From: Chitinophagaceae bacterium
GTDB taxonomy: Bacteria > Bacteroidota > Bacteroidia > Chitinophagales > Chitinophagaceae
Reading direction: 5' to 3'
DNA length: 59,824 nucleotides
Assembly: GCA_035764525.1 (NCBI GenBank)
Contig: DASTZB010000250.1
Coordinates: 1-59,824, forward strand
Shown here piece by piece: positions 9,425 through 20,500 of this stretch. Numbering within the stretch: position 1 is the stretch's first letter; each line of letters starts with the position of its first letter. The notes beneath the pieces were generated by a model, which was not told the DNA's origin, ran no database searches, and worked only from the letters and a program-made list of their open reading frames with translations. Made by a program: the position numbers and the translations under genes.

Positions 9425-11733
9425 TACGATGACTGATTTGGCAATTGAATAATGAACTCGCTTCCTTCTCCTTCTTTTGTTTCCACTTTCAACTCTCCAC
9501 CATGTCCTTTTGTAATTATATCATAAGCCAATGATAAACCTAAACCAGTTCCTTCGCCGGTTGGCTTAGTTGTAAAGAAAGGTTGAAATATTTTGTCCAG
9601 CACTTTTTGAGGAATGCCATTGCCATTGTCTTTCACTCTTATCTCAACCTTTCCATTTTGTTTTGTTGTACTGACAGAAACAGTTGGTTCGTATCCGTTT
9701 GAATTCTGTTTCTTTTTTTCATCCACTGCATAGAAAGCATTATTGATCAAATTGAGAACTACTCTTCCTATATCCTGCGGGATGATATTGATGTTGCCAA
9801 TGCTTTCATCAAAATCAGTTTTCATAGTTGCATTGAATGATTTGTCTTTTGCTCTTAGCCCATGATAACTCAATCGGAGATATTCATCCGTCAGCGCATT
9901 GATGTTGGTTGGCTCTTTTACTCCACTGCTACTTCTTGAGTGCTGCAACATATTTTTCACAATTGCATCGGCTCGTTTACCATGATGATTTATCTTTTCA
10001 AGATTTTGCTTTATTTCTGCTGCAATTACTTTTGCTTCATTCGTATCGCCTTTGTTCAATTCCACACTCATTTCATCAATCATTTCATTGCTTACCTCTG
10101 AAAAATTATTCACGAAGTTTAGTGGGTTTTGTATCTCATGTGCGATGCCTGCAGTGAGTTCACCCAGTGAAGCCATTTTTTCAGACTGAATTAATTGTGC
10201 CTGTGTAGATTTCAACTCCCCATAAGCCTGTTCAATTTTTATTTTGTCCCTCTGCTTCCTTCGATTGTTTCGCCATAACATTCCTGCCAATAGCAAAAGA
10301 AAACCGATTCCTGTCAATAATCCAATAAAACGAATCCTATTCTTAAATGCAGTTTTATCCGTTTCTATATCTTGTATTTTTTTTTGTTCATCAAAACCTG
10401 CTTTTTGCAGATCCATTTGTTTTTGCATTTCCATTTCCGCCACCTGTTCATTGCTTGTCAGCTTGTCGAGACTATCTCTTAACGTCCATGCTTTATTCAA
10501 ATATTCATAAGCCGAATCGTATTCATGCTTTGCCCCAAAAATGCGGCTTAATCTGCGTGACCAACGCCGGGCATTAGCAATGTCTCCTGCTTTTTCAGCA
10601 TCTTTTAAAACTTGCCTTGACAGGGATAGTGCTTTGTTATAATCTTTTCTCTTCAAAAAATACTCAGCCGATAAAGTATTAGCAGTTTCTCCTAATTGCT
10701 GTGCGATCAGGATATAACGGCCTGCAGAATCCAATTCGTCCGCATCCCAATACACTTGTGCTTTGTTGATTGCTACAAGCTTTCGTGGCAAAATCAAAGT
10801 GTTATTAAAATTGTTATCTAATGTCTGGATAAATTGTTTTAGTGTAATTAGTCCAATGTTATATTTATTCCAAAGCCAATAGAATTGGAAAAAGGTATTA
10901 GCCTGTAATGAGTCCTTGAGTTTTTCAGCTTCTTCAAAATATGCTTTTGCTTTTTCCTTGTTACCTAGCCTGCTATAAAGAATTGCAGTTTGCGAAACAA
11001 CCAGCAGAAGTTTATTAGGTTCTTTAATTCTTTTTAAATATTCGTACTCTTTTTGAAGCCACGGAAACGCTTTTTTCTCCTGTCCATCCCATTCAAAATA
11101 TAAGCTCCATAAAGATCCCACGGCCTGCATTCTCAGTGATTCATAATTACCGTTTGTAGCATAATCCTGCATTAATTGGAGAAATTGGGATGTTTTGATG
11201 CCATCTTTTTTATGAATATAGGCGTGAGCAAATCGGTAATAAATTTCCACTCTCACAGAATCTTTGCCTAGAGTATCTTTTTTCCAATCCCCGAGTACAG
11301 TTTGTGCGTCTAGGGCGTTTTGCTCGGCAAGAAAAAGATCCTGATGAATATTAACATCCGACAAGGTCAAATAAGCTGAGATCTTATCTTGTAGTAGATT
11401 ATACTTCTCTGCGTACTGTAAATAAAGCTCTGCTTTTTCTTTATTTGATTCAAAACTTACATCCCAGCCGAGAGATCTTGCTACTAATTGATGATCGTTC
11501 GAGTCTTTTATGAAACCGGGTATCTTTTTGATAAATAGATCTGCCAGGCTATCCTTAAAATGTCTTTTATAATATACAGCCAGCGACCCTGTGGCATCCA
11601 TTTGCTCTGTAATTGTTTTGGCATTTTGCAAAATCTTTTGCAAATCCTTTTCGGAATAAAAATCTTCATATCCCACCTGCGCTGATACCTTCAGGGCAAC
11701 AAGCAGAAATAAAAAAAACAAATATTTTCTCAT
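9424..11733 (-). CDS. Sensor histidine kinase (signal peptide, helical-repeat sensor, TM, DHp/HATPase)
   Basis: 769 aa ORF. Signal peptide MRKYLFFLFLLVALKVSAQ, then a long TPR-like helical region. TM helix FIGLLTGIGFLLLLAGMLW-RNNRRKQ. Carries the H-box. The C-terminal box is the DIITKGHGGELKVET variant. Confidence 0.9.
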   Translation of the reverse strand: MRKYLFFLFLLVALKVSAQVGYEDFYSEKDLQKILQNAKTITEQMDATGSLAVYYKRHFKDSLADLFIKKIPGFIKDSNDHQLVARSLGWDVSFESNKEKAELYLQYAEKYNLLQDKISAYLTLSDVNIHQDLFLAEQNALDAQTVLGDWKKDTLGKDSVRVEIYYRFAHAYIHKKDGIKTSQFLQLMQDYATNGNYESLRMQAVGSLWSLYFEWDGQEKKAFPWLQKEYEYLKRIKEPNKLLLVVSQTAILYSRLGNKEKAKAYFEEAEKLKDSLQANTFFQFYWLWNKYNIGLITLKQFIQTLDNNFNNTLILPRKLVAINKAQVYWDADELDSAGRYILIAQQLGETANTLSAEYFLKRKDYNKALSLSRQVLKDAEKAGDIANARRWSRRLSRIFGAKHEYDSAYEYLNKAWTLRDSLDKLTSNEQVAEMEMQKQMDLQKAGFDEQKKIQDIETDKTAFKNRIRFIGLLTGIGFLLLLAGMLWRNNRRKQRDKIKIEQAYGELKSTQAQLIQSEKMASLGELTAGIAHEIQNPLNFVNNFSEVSNEMIDEMSVELNKGDTNEAKVIAAEIKQNLEKINHHGKRADAIVKNMLQHSRSSSGVKEPTNINALTDEYLRLSYHGLRAKDKSFNATMKTDFDESIGNINIIPQDIGRVVLNLINNAFYAVDEKKKQNSNGYEPTVSVSTTKQNGKVEIRVKDNGNGIPQKVLDKIFQPFFTTKPTGEGTGLGLSLAYDIITKGHGGELKVETKEGEGSEFIIQLPNQSS

Positions 11734-11763
11734 CGGCGAAAGTTGGTTCGTTAATCATTTTTT

Positions 11764-14433
11764 TTAAACTGACGGCAATTGGATCACAAAAGCACTTCCT
11801 TCACCTTCTTTGGTTTCAACTCTCAACTCTCCACCATGTCCTTTTGTAATTATATCATAGCTTAATGATAAACCTAAACCAGTTCCTTCACCGGTTGGTT
11901 TAGTGGTAAAGAATGGTTGAAATATTTTATCCAGCACTTTTTGAGGAATGCCATTGCCATTATCTTTTACACTCACTTCAACTTTGCCAGCAATTTTCTT
12001 TGTGGTAACAGTAACAGTTGGTTCATACCCATTACTTGTTTGCTTTCGTTTCTCACTTACTGCATAAAAAGCGTTATTGATCAAATTGACCAGCACCCGG
12101 CCAATATCCTGTGGAATCATATTTACTTTATCAATGCTATTATCGAAATTGGTTTTAAAACTTGCATTGAAGGATTTGTCTTTTGCCCGTAAACCATGAT
12201 ACGCCAAGCGCAGGTATTCATCTGCCAGGGTATTAATATCAACAAGTTCTTTTTGCCCGCTACCGCTGCGGCTATGTTGCAACATACCTTTGACGATCGC
12301 ATCGGCCCTTTTGCCATGATGAATTATTTTTTGTTCGTTTTCTTTTATGTCTTTTGCAAGTGATCTTATTTCATCCAAATTCCCTTTACTGATCTCTTGC
12401 TCCAATTCGTCAATTAATTCCGCATTTACTTCTGAAAAATTATTTACGAAGTTCAACGGGTTTTGTATCTCATGTGCAATGCCAGCCGTGAGCTCGCCCA
12501 ACGAAGCCATCTTTTCTGATTGTATCAATTGTGATTGAGTTTTCTTCAGGCTATCAACAGTTTGATTCAATTTTTTGTACGACTCTGCATTTTCAAGTGC
12601 GATGGCTGCATAAATAGCAATGTTGCGAAGCATATAAACATGATACTCAGAAAATGCATTCTTATTAAAGCTTTGAACGGTAATGACCCCTAATGCTTTC
12701 TCCTTTGCTCTCAGTGGAAGATAGATGAGTGATACGGGTTGTTGTCCTTGTTTTGGCACAAGCACATCCTGTAAAAAGTTCTTGTACTCCGATTGCAGAT
12801 CTCCCATGATGATCTCTTTGCCACTAATAAAACACAAACTCGCAAACCTGTTTTCTTCATAAATGGAATTGGCATATGCAGGTAACGCCACACCATCCTC
12901 GTATGTGGCAGGAAATTCAATTTGTTTTGTGTCTTCGTGATAAATGCCGATACCAAATACCGATGCATCCATTAATGCGTTTACATTATCGTATACAGTA
13001 CCTATGATCGTTTCAACAGAAAGTGATGAAGTGATCTTTCGCCCTATATCGCCCAATAATTCTATGTTCTTATAAGATTGTTCAAGATTATCTTTTTGTT
13101 CCGCAAGCTCATCCGCCTTTTTATCAATCTCCTTTTTTTGCTTCTGGAGTAAAAGATTTGCTTTTTGCTTTTGCCGGTTGTTGCGAAATAGAATCGCCGA
13201 AATGAGGATCACGGAAAGAAGACCGCCCAATACCATCACCAGCAAGGCCCGATCTTTACGGATCCTTGCTTTTTGCAATTCGATCTCAGTCTGTTTTTTA
13301 TCAAGGTCGTAATTCGCCTGTAGCATGGCCGTCCTGCGGGACATTGCTTCGCCATTCAAACTGTCTTTGTAATGTGTGGAAAGCAACAGGTAATCATAAG
13401 CAGTATCATATTTTTTTAATTTGGCTGCTGATGCAGCTATCAGTTCGGTCATTTCCCGCAGGTATTGCCGGTAATTTGCCCGCCGCGCAAGCAATAAACT
13501 GTGATTGGCATAATAGAAGCCGCTATCAGCATTTCCTGAGTGAAGAAAGGCCTTTCCCAACAACCATTCGCCCCATGATGTTCTGTCTTCGACTTTCTGT
13601 TTGGACCGGTAAAACGCGAGGAACCGGTTAATATTTTCAAATGCTTCGGGATAGCTACCCATCCTTTCATATACATCACCGATATTTCCATAAGCGATAG
13701 CAATTGATTCCGGTCTTTTTTCTTCTATGTCGAGGTCCAGACCCTTTTTGTATGCGTCCAGCGACTCTGTGTATTTGCCCTCGGTCTTAAATGTCTTTCC
13801 CATGGCATTATATGCGCCAGACATTCCGGCTTTGTACCCGATCTTAATTGATTGATCCAGTGCTTCCGTGTAATAGGGAATAGCCTTGTTGTCATCCCCG
13901 ATCACATTGTACAGGTAACCAACATTGCTTTTTACGTCAATGGAAAGTTTGGTGTTCCCAACTTCATCAGCCAGTTTGATGGCTTTCAAATAATCATCCA
14001 GCGTTTCTACGTACTTCCCTTCGTCCAGGTAAGCTCTTCCACGGTATCTTAAGAGTATCGCTTGTCCCTCTTTGTCATCGACCCGCTCTAAAATCTTTTG
14101 AGCTTTTTCAAATTCCGCAAACACGTTACTAAAATCCAGGCTATCATAAGCGATGAGTGCTTTATTCGTCATGGCCCGGCCTTCTCCTTTTTCATAATTC
14201 AGTTTCCTGGAAAGCTGAAGGGCTTCCTCTGTATATGGGATCATTTGTTTGCGATCCATGCGCCTTATATCAAGTGCGAGAGTATTCAGGAGATTCACCC
14301 TTGCGGTATCTTGTTGCATGTGACGGCTCAACTTATTTTTCAAACTGTCGATAGCAGGGTTCTGACCAAAAAGCAAATTACCGCCCAATGTGCAAGTTGT
14401 AATCAGACCTATCAGTCTCTTTCTCATTTGCAA
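11764..14433 (-). CDS. Sensor histidine kinase (signal peptide, TPR, TM, canonical GAF, DHp/HATPase)
   Basis: 889 aa ORF with TPR repeats. TM helix ALLVMVLGGLLSVILISAILF-RNNRQKQKA. A clear GAF-type segment runs LGDIGRKITSSLSVETIIGTVYDNV...SLIYLPLRAKEKALGVITVQSFNKNAFSEYHVYMLRNIAIYAAIALENAESY. The standard kinase cassette follows. Confidence 0.9.
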   Translation of the reverse strand: MQMRKRLIGLITTCTLGGNLLFGQNPAIDSLKNKLSRHMQQDTARVNLLNTLALDIRRMDRKQMIPYTEEALQLSRKLNYEKGEGRAMTNKALIAYDSLDFSNVFAEFEKAQKILERVDDKEGQAILLRYRGRAYLDEGKYVETLDDYLKAIKLADEVGNTKLSIDVKSNVGYLYNVIGDDNKAIPYYTEALDQSIKIGYKAGMSGAYNAMGKTFKTEGKYTESLDAYKKGLDLDIEEKRPESIAIAYGNIGDVYERMGSYPEAFENINRFLAFYRSKQKVEDRTSWGEWLLGKAFLHSGNADSGFYYANHSLLLARRANYRQYLREMTELIAASAAKLKKYDTAYDYLLLSTHYKDSLNGEAMSRRTAMLQANYDLDKKQTEIELQKARIRKDRALLVMVLGGLLSVILISAILFRNNRQKQKANLLLQKQKKEIDKKADELAEQKDNLEQSYKNIELLGDIGRKITSSLSVETIIGTVYDNVNALMDASVFGIGIYHEDTKQIEFPATYEDGVALPAYANSIYEENRFASLCFISGKEIIMGDLQSEYKNFLQDVLVPKQGQQPVSLIYLPLRAKEKALGVITVQSFNKNAFSEYHVYMLRNIAIYAAIALENAESYKKLNQTVDSLKKTQSQLIQSEKMASLGELTAGIAHEIQNPLNFVNNFSEVNAELIDELEQEISKGNLDEIRSLAKDIKENEQKIIHHGKRADAIVKGMLQHSRSGSGQKELVDINTLADEYLRLAYHGLRAKDKSFNASFKTNFDNSIDKVNMIPQDIGRVLVNLINNAFYAVSEKRKQTSNGYEPTVTVTTKKIAGKVEVSVKDNGNGIPQKVLDKIFQPFFTTKPTGEGTGLGLSLSYDIITKGHGGELRVETKEGEGSAFVIQLPSV

Positions 14434-14539
14434 AGTTTTATTTCAATAAATGAATATTTCGTGTTCTCGTAGAGTATAATTAATGAGCCGCTAAGGGGTT
14501 GAAGTTTTCCGGATATTTAAATTAATCAATAAAAAAATC

Positions 14540-17500
14540 TTAAATGTTCAACTGAATAATAAATTCACTTCCTTCTCCTTCTTTCGTTTCAACCTTCAAC
14601 TCACCACCATGTGCTTTTACAATATCATAACTCAGCGATAAACCTAAACCTGTTCCTTGTCCAGTTGGTTTGGTAGTAAAGAAGGGTTGAAATATTTTAT
14701 CCAATACTTTTTGCGGAATTCCATTTCCATTATCCTTCACTTTGATCTCGATCTTCTCATCTATTTTTTTGGTATATACAGTTACGGTCGGTTCATATCC
14801 ATTTGACTCTTGCTTTTTCTTTTCACTTACTGCATAAAAAGCATTGTTGATCAGGTTGACCAATACTCTGCCCATATCCTGTGAAATAATATTTACTTTT
14901 CCAATGCTGTTATCAAACTCGGTTTCAAATTTTGCATTGAAAGATTTATCCTTTGCCCGCAACCCATGATAAGCGAGCCGTAAATATTCATCAGCTAAAC
15001 CATTAATGTCTGTCGGTTCTTTTTTGCCACTGCTGCTGCGACTATGTTGCAGCATGCTTTTCACTATTGCATCTGCTCTTTTACCATGATGATTTATTTT
15101 TTCTAAATTCTGTATTACATCGTCAGCAATATCTTTTGCATCTTCAGTATTGCCGGTCTCCAATTCTGTTTTCATTTCATCCAGTAGCTCTTTACTTACT
15201 TCAGAAAAATTATTGACGAAGTTCAAGGGGTTTTGAATTTCATGTGCAATGCCTGCGGTCAACTCACCCAATGACGCCATTTTTTCTGATTGCACCAACT
15301 GCGTTTGTGCCTGCTTCAGATCGGTCAATGTATTTTCGACTTGTTGTTTGGCGGCTTCCAGCTTATTGAAATCTTCATAACGGGCATAGGCGGTAGAAAA
15401 TGCATCCGCGACATGTTGTATCAATTCTATTTGTTCTTCATTCAATTGTTCAGTATTACCTACATACAGCATACCCTGGAGGAAGGGAAGAAAATGCAAA
15501 TAGAATCCTCCTTGTGGAATTGTTTTTAAATATTGTTCTCTTGACGCAAGTGATCCTTGCTTCATTAGAATATCAGCAAACTGTATAAACTCTTCTTCAC
15601 CCCAGTGATCGACGTAGATTTTTTTATGCCGCCAATTAGCTACCACCTTCGAAATATTACCTGGTGTATCATATGGCAAATGAAATGCTGCTATTGCTTT
15701 GCCATCAGGCGTTGAAAGAAATGTATGAAGGAGTTGTTGATCTTCATCCATGATAAATACGCCGCAACGAATAAACGGAATACTTAAAGTTTTCAATTCG
15801 TTCCATATTAAGGGAGTAATCCTGTCAAGGTCACTAACACTACGCATGGATGCAATGTCAGCACGAACTCTATCCAATGCAGCTTGCTTCACTGCTTCTC
15901 TTGCATTGGCTTCCGATTTTTGCAATTCAAAATATCTTCTGAATGTAAGGTCAATGATGCCTTTAAAACGATTCAGGATATTTATTTCATTTTCTGAATA
16001 AGACTTATCTGTCCAGGAATAAAGAAAGCCCAGGGAAAAAGCAAAATAATAGCCATGCTCTTCCTGCTTGTTTTGAATATCCGTAACAGCCCAATGAGAC
16101 ATTTTCGAATAAAGTGCCGCATAATAAGACGTTAGATCTCCGCCGCGAAGAACAGTAAAATAGTTTTTATTATTTAACCAGGATTCATATTGCTTATCAA
16201 ACTCGGGGTGACCAGATAATTCGCTTTCACCTATCAAAGACAGTAAGTCATCTTGCTGCTTAGCCGTCGCAGAATACCACAAAACTCTCCTGGAATTTTT
16301 TGTTAGGAGTCCTACTCCACAACGGATAGAATTGATCCCAAGTTTTCTTAATTCGGTAAACACCATACTTGCAGTAATAGAAAGATCATTACTATTATGC
16401 ATCGCCATCGCTTTGCCTCTCACTTTTTCCAAAGCAGCTTCAATGGTTGCCTCTTTTGCCTGAGCTTCTGCTTTTTTCAGATCCTGGTAACGACGGAAGG
16501 TCAATGAAAACACAGAAGCAAATCTTTTCATTATTTGTTTTTCCTCTTCAGTGTGTGGCGTTAATGAATTGGTCCACACTCCCCCTTCACTAAAAGAATA
16601 TACCTGGAAATGCACATCCGGAAATTGCTGAATTGCCTGGGGCAGGTAGCCCTGGTTGGCATTTAATATTTTAATATAGTCTTCTTTTTCTTTACCGCTA
16701 AGGAAAGTATATACAAAATCCTTTTTGTTTTCCCACTCTTTATACATGAGTTGCCAGAAAGGATGATCATCCATATTGAATCTGCCAACAGCTTTTACGG
16801 CTTTTCCTTCTGCCAGGTTGTTGACGGACCAGACATCCTGTGTGCGGTCAGGATGTATATTGGTAATACCACCACGGAAATTTTCAATTCCTAATCTTTC
16901 TAATTCGGTGAACATTGTAGCAGTAGCGGCACCTACATCCTCGCTGCTATGCATAGCCATTGTTTTGGCACGAACTCTTTCAAGACCTGCTTCTACCTGA
17001 GCTTCTCTCGCCTGTGCTTCGGCTTTTTGAAGATCAAGGTATCGACGATAGGTTTGACCAAATACTCCTGCAAAACGTTTGAAAATTTTAGAGTGCTCTT
17101 CTGCAACCGGATCGTTGGTAAAAGAAAATACAGCGCCTTCAGGAAAAAAGAAATCGTTATGAAATTCTTTTACCGGCAATGCTTTTAAATCAAACTTCAC
17201 GGGGTAATATTCTGAGCGGTTGATGGCTTCATAATAACGGACGATATCATCACCCTGCAGGACATATTGATGTAATGATCTTTTATCATTCCATGCCCTA
17301 TAGGCCGAGCTCAACAAATCATGAACACTCAGATCCAGTTTGCCAATTATCAAAGTAGCTTTTCCTTCAGAATTGGATTTTGCAGTCCAAACTTCTGCTG
17401 AATTTTCATTGTCGAAGATCAGAATGCCGCAACGGTTCGTATGAATGTCAAGGTTTACAAATTCAGCAAACATTGTTGCCACCGTTTCTCCCACGTCCTT

Positions 17501-20500
17501 GCTGTTATGCATTGCCATCGTTTTACTTCTCACCCTTTCCAATGAAGTTTCAATTTGAGCTTCCCTTGCCTGCGCTTCGGCTTTTTGCAGATCGAGAAAA
17601 CGGGTATAAGCCTGGTCGAAAACTTTAGAAAATCTTACCAGGATCCCATTTGCCTCATCTGAAAACGCTTCACCATTGTAATTATGAATGAAGATGGAAG
17701 AATGTTTGGCGATGCCTGTAGCAACAGAATAAGCATGGCCATTTAAAATGAGTTTTTTTCTTTCTTCAGGCAAATATTTGTTATCGGAATGCTCAAACAT
17801 GTATTCGAAATACTTATTCTTTAAGTCGTGATCATAAATGGCTTTGTGAATAGATTCTCTTTTCTTAACTGCGTTGAAAAAATCGTTGGCGATCGGGTGA
17901 TCAAGATAAGGGAGATGAAAATTAGTTGTATAATCCTGTCCGGCGGCTGCTAACCATAGATCAAAATCTCGGGAGCCTTCATGAAAAATATTGATATTGA
18001 CAGAATCAATATTTTGCAATCCCAATGAGCGGAAATTCTCAAACACAACTTTCACTACATCTTTGAGTTCTTCGCTTTTATGCATAGCCAATGAGCTGGA
18101 CCGAACTCTCTCAAGTGCTGCTTCAATCTGTGCTTCTCTGGCCTGGGCTTCGGCTTTTTGCAGATCAAGAAAACGACGATAAGTAAGATTGAATACAGAG
18201 GCAAACCGTTCTAATATTTGAATGGTTTCTGCAGATTGTGGTTCATGCGATGTTACCAGTATCCAACCATGTGAAAAGAAAGCAAGATTCTGGGCACGGC
18301 GGTCTTTTATGAATTCATCTTTTACGGCTACGCCCATTTCCTCCCGCGCAAATTTTATCCATTCTTTTACATCATCCCCATGCAAATCGATCACCATTGA
18401 TCTTTTATTGTCTTTCCACGCCTGGTAACTTTTTGAAATAACAATTCTCTCATTTAATCTTGCCTTAACGCTTTTATCAATATGACTGCCCAACTGATCA
18501 GTTGTCCAGAAATTTACAACACCGTCAGTTTCATCCACAATACCGATGGAGATACGATCAGGAATGCCGCCAAGCTCCTGTAACTGGTGAAATAGGAGCT
18601 GAGCAGTTTCGGCCAATTCTTCGCTTCGGTGCATGGCCATTGTTCTTGCACGAACTCTTTCCAATGCCAGTTCAATTTGTGCTTCTCTTGCCTGGGCTTC
18701 GGCTTTTTGAAGATCTAAGAAACGAGTATATGTTTGTTCGAAAACTTTAGCAAATCGTCTCAAAATATCATTTTCACCTTCTGTGAATTTCCTTCCATGA
18801 TGATTTATAATAAATATGCTGGTATATTTTGAAACAGCAACAGAACGGGTATATCCGCCCGAACTTGAAAGAGTTTCTTTTTTCTGTTCATCATTAAGTT
18901 CCGACCATGGCTTATGCTTAAATAATTGTGTGAAGTATTCATTTTTTTCTTTTTGTGAAAATTCTTCCGTAAAAAATCCTGTTCCTCTTTTTATGCCATT
19001 GATCAGGTCTGTACAAAAAGGCATATTAAAATTTGGTACATAGACTTCTTCTGATGTATCAGCTGTACCTCCTGCACCCCAGCAACGCAACTCAGGTCCA
19101 ACATCTTCGTTAATGACTACAAACGATCCTCCGTCAATCGAAAGGTTGAGATTCAGGAGTTCTTTATGAACTGTGTGGATCACCTCTTGCAATTCGGAAG
19201 TTTGGTGCATAGCCATCGTCCGGCTTCTTACTCTTTCCAGGGCAGCTTCTATCTGGGCTTCTTTTGCCTGTGCCTCGGCTTGTTTCAAATCGAGGAAACG
19301 TGTATAAGTAAGATCAAATACACCAGCAAATCGTTCAAGCAAGCGCCTGCTTTCTTCGGGACGTGGTATTGGAGAAGAATAAGCAATTACTCCTTTGGAA
19401 AATGCAGCGGCAGTGATCACTCTTCTACCCAATGTATCCATGCTGCTTACGGTTATACCACTCGCTTCATTACGGTAACGAATCCAATCTTCCAATTCTT
19501 TACCGGTGAGATCAACCACTATGGAAAGTGTTTGCTCTTTCCATGCTTTGTAAAACTTACTGATCAATGATGGCTCATCAATACTTAACTTAAATGAACG
19601 ATCTACTTGTAATCCGCTACCACTCCAATCAGTAACGTTAAAATCAAAAACTCTTTCCTCTTCATTCATAACACCAATCGTCATCTGCATCAGGTCGTCA
19701 CCAAGATCTTGAAATTGCTTGAACAGTACAGCAGCTGTTTCGGATAGCTCATCACTTTTTTGCATTGCCATTGTTCTTGCACGAACTCTTTCCAGCGCCA
19801 ATTGTATTTGTGATTCTTTTGTTTGCTCTTCTGCTTTTTTCAGATCGAGAAACCTTGTGAAGGTGAGATCAAAAACATAGGAAAACCTTTCTAACAGTTT
19901 TATTGCTTCATCAGTTGCCGGAGTATCAGAAGATATACCTATCATTCCCCTGGAGAAAAAAACAGCATCTACATGCCACGCTTGTTGCTGAACAGCGTCC
20001 GAATCATCCCATCCTTTTTTTCCAATGAGGTTATTTCTCCATTTATTATATTCCTGTAATTCTTTCCCTTTGATAGTCGCAGAGAAATTTTTTTGCTTAT
20101 CCAGGAAAGCTTTTTTTGCTTTCTTCATTACGAAACTTTCCTTTTCAATTTCCATAGGGAATGAACGATCAATTTTCTCTCCTCTTAATGTCACAAACAT
20201 TTCTCCCATTTTTGTTGCCTCATCAAAAATGCAGAGGGAAACCTGCGCCGTTGTTGCTCCTAAGGCTTTGAATTGTTGAAATAAAACCAGTGTGGTTTCC
20301 TGCAGCTCAGCACTATGCTGCATCGCCATCGTTCTTGCACGAACTCTTTCCAATGCCAATTGAATTCTTGATTCTTTCGCCTGGGCTTCTGCTTGCTTTA
20401 AATCATTGAAACGAGTATAAGTAAGATCAAAAACTTTTGCAAAGCGAAGCAGTATATCAAAATGCTCATCAGATAACGGCTCGAGGCTTGCAACATTTAT

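Noticed and set aside
14434-14539. The 106-nt spacer between the 14-module gene and the next kinase, considered as a possible internal promoter (a TAAAACTTTG-like element lies just upstream of the ATG).
   Set aside because: The TTTG-containing element sits too close to the start codon and does not fit the TAnnTTTG spacing cleanly. I cannot support a promoter call from sequence alone.
17991-18182. Many plus-strand ORFs inside the giant genes ending in motifs like ..ASLA(C/W)ASAFCRSRKR.. (for example 20802..20987, 21783..22157, 25459..25722, 32402..32662 and 32882..33067).
   Set aside because: These are antisense shadows of the repeated connector (RFLDLQKAEAQAREAQIEA). All are nested in the long minus-strand ORFs, which have clear domain content.
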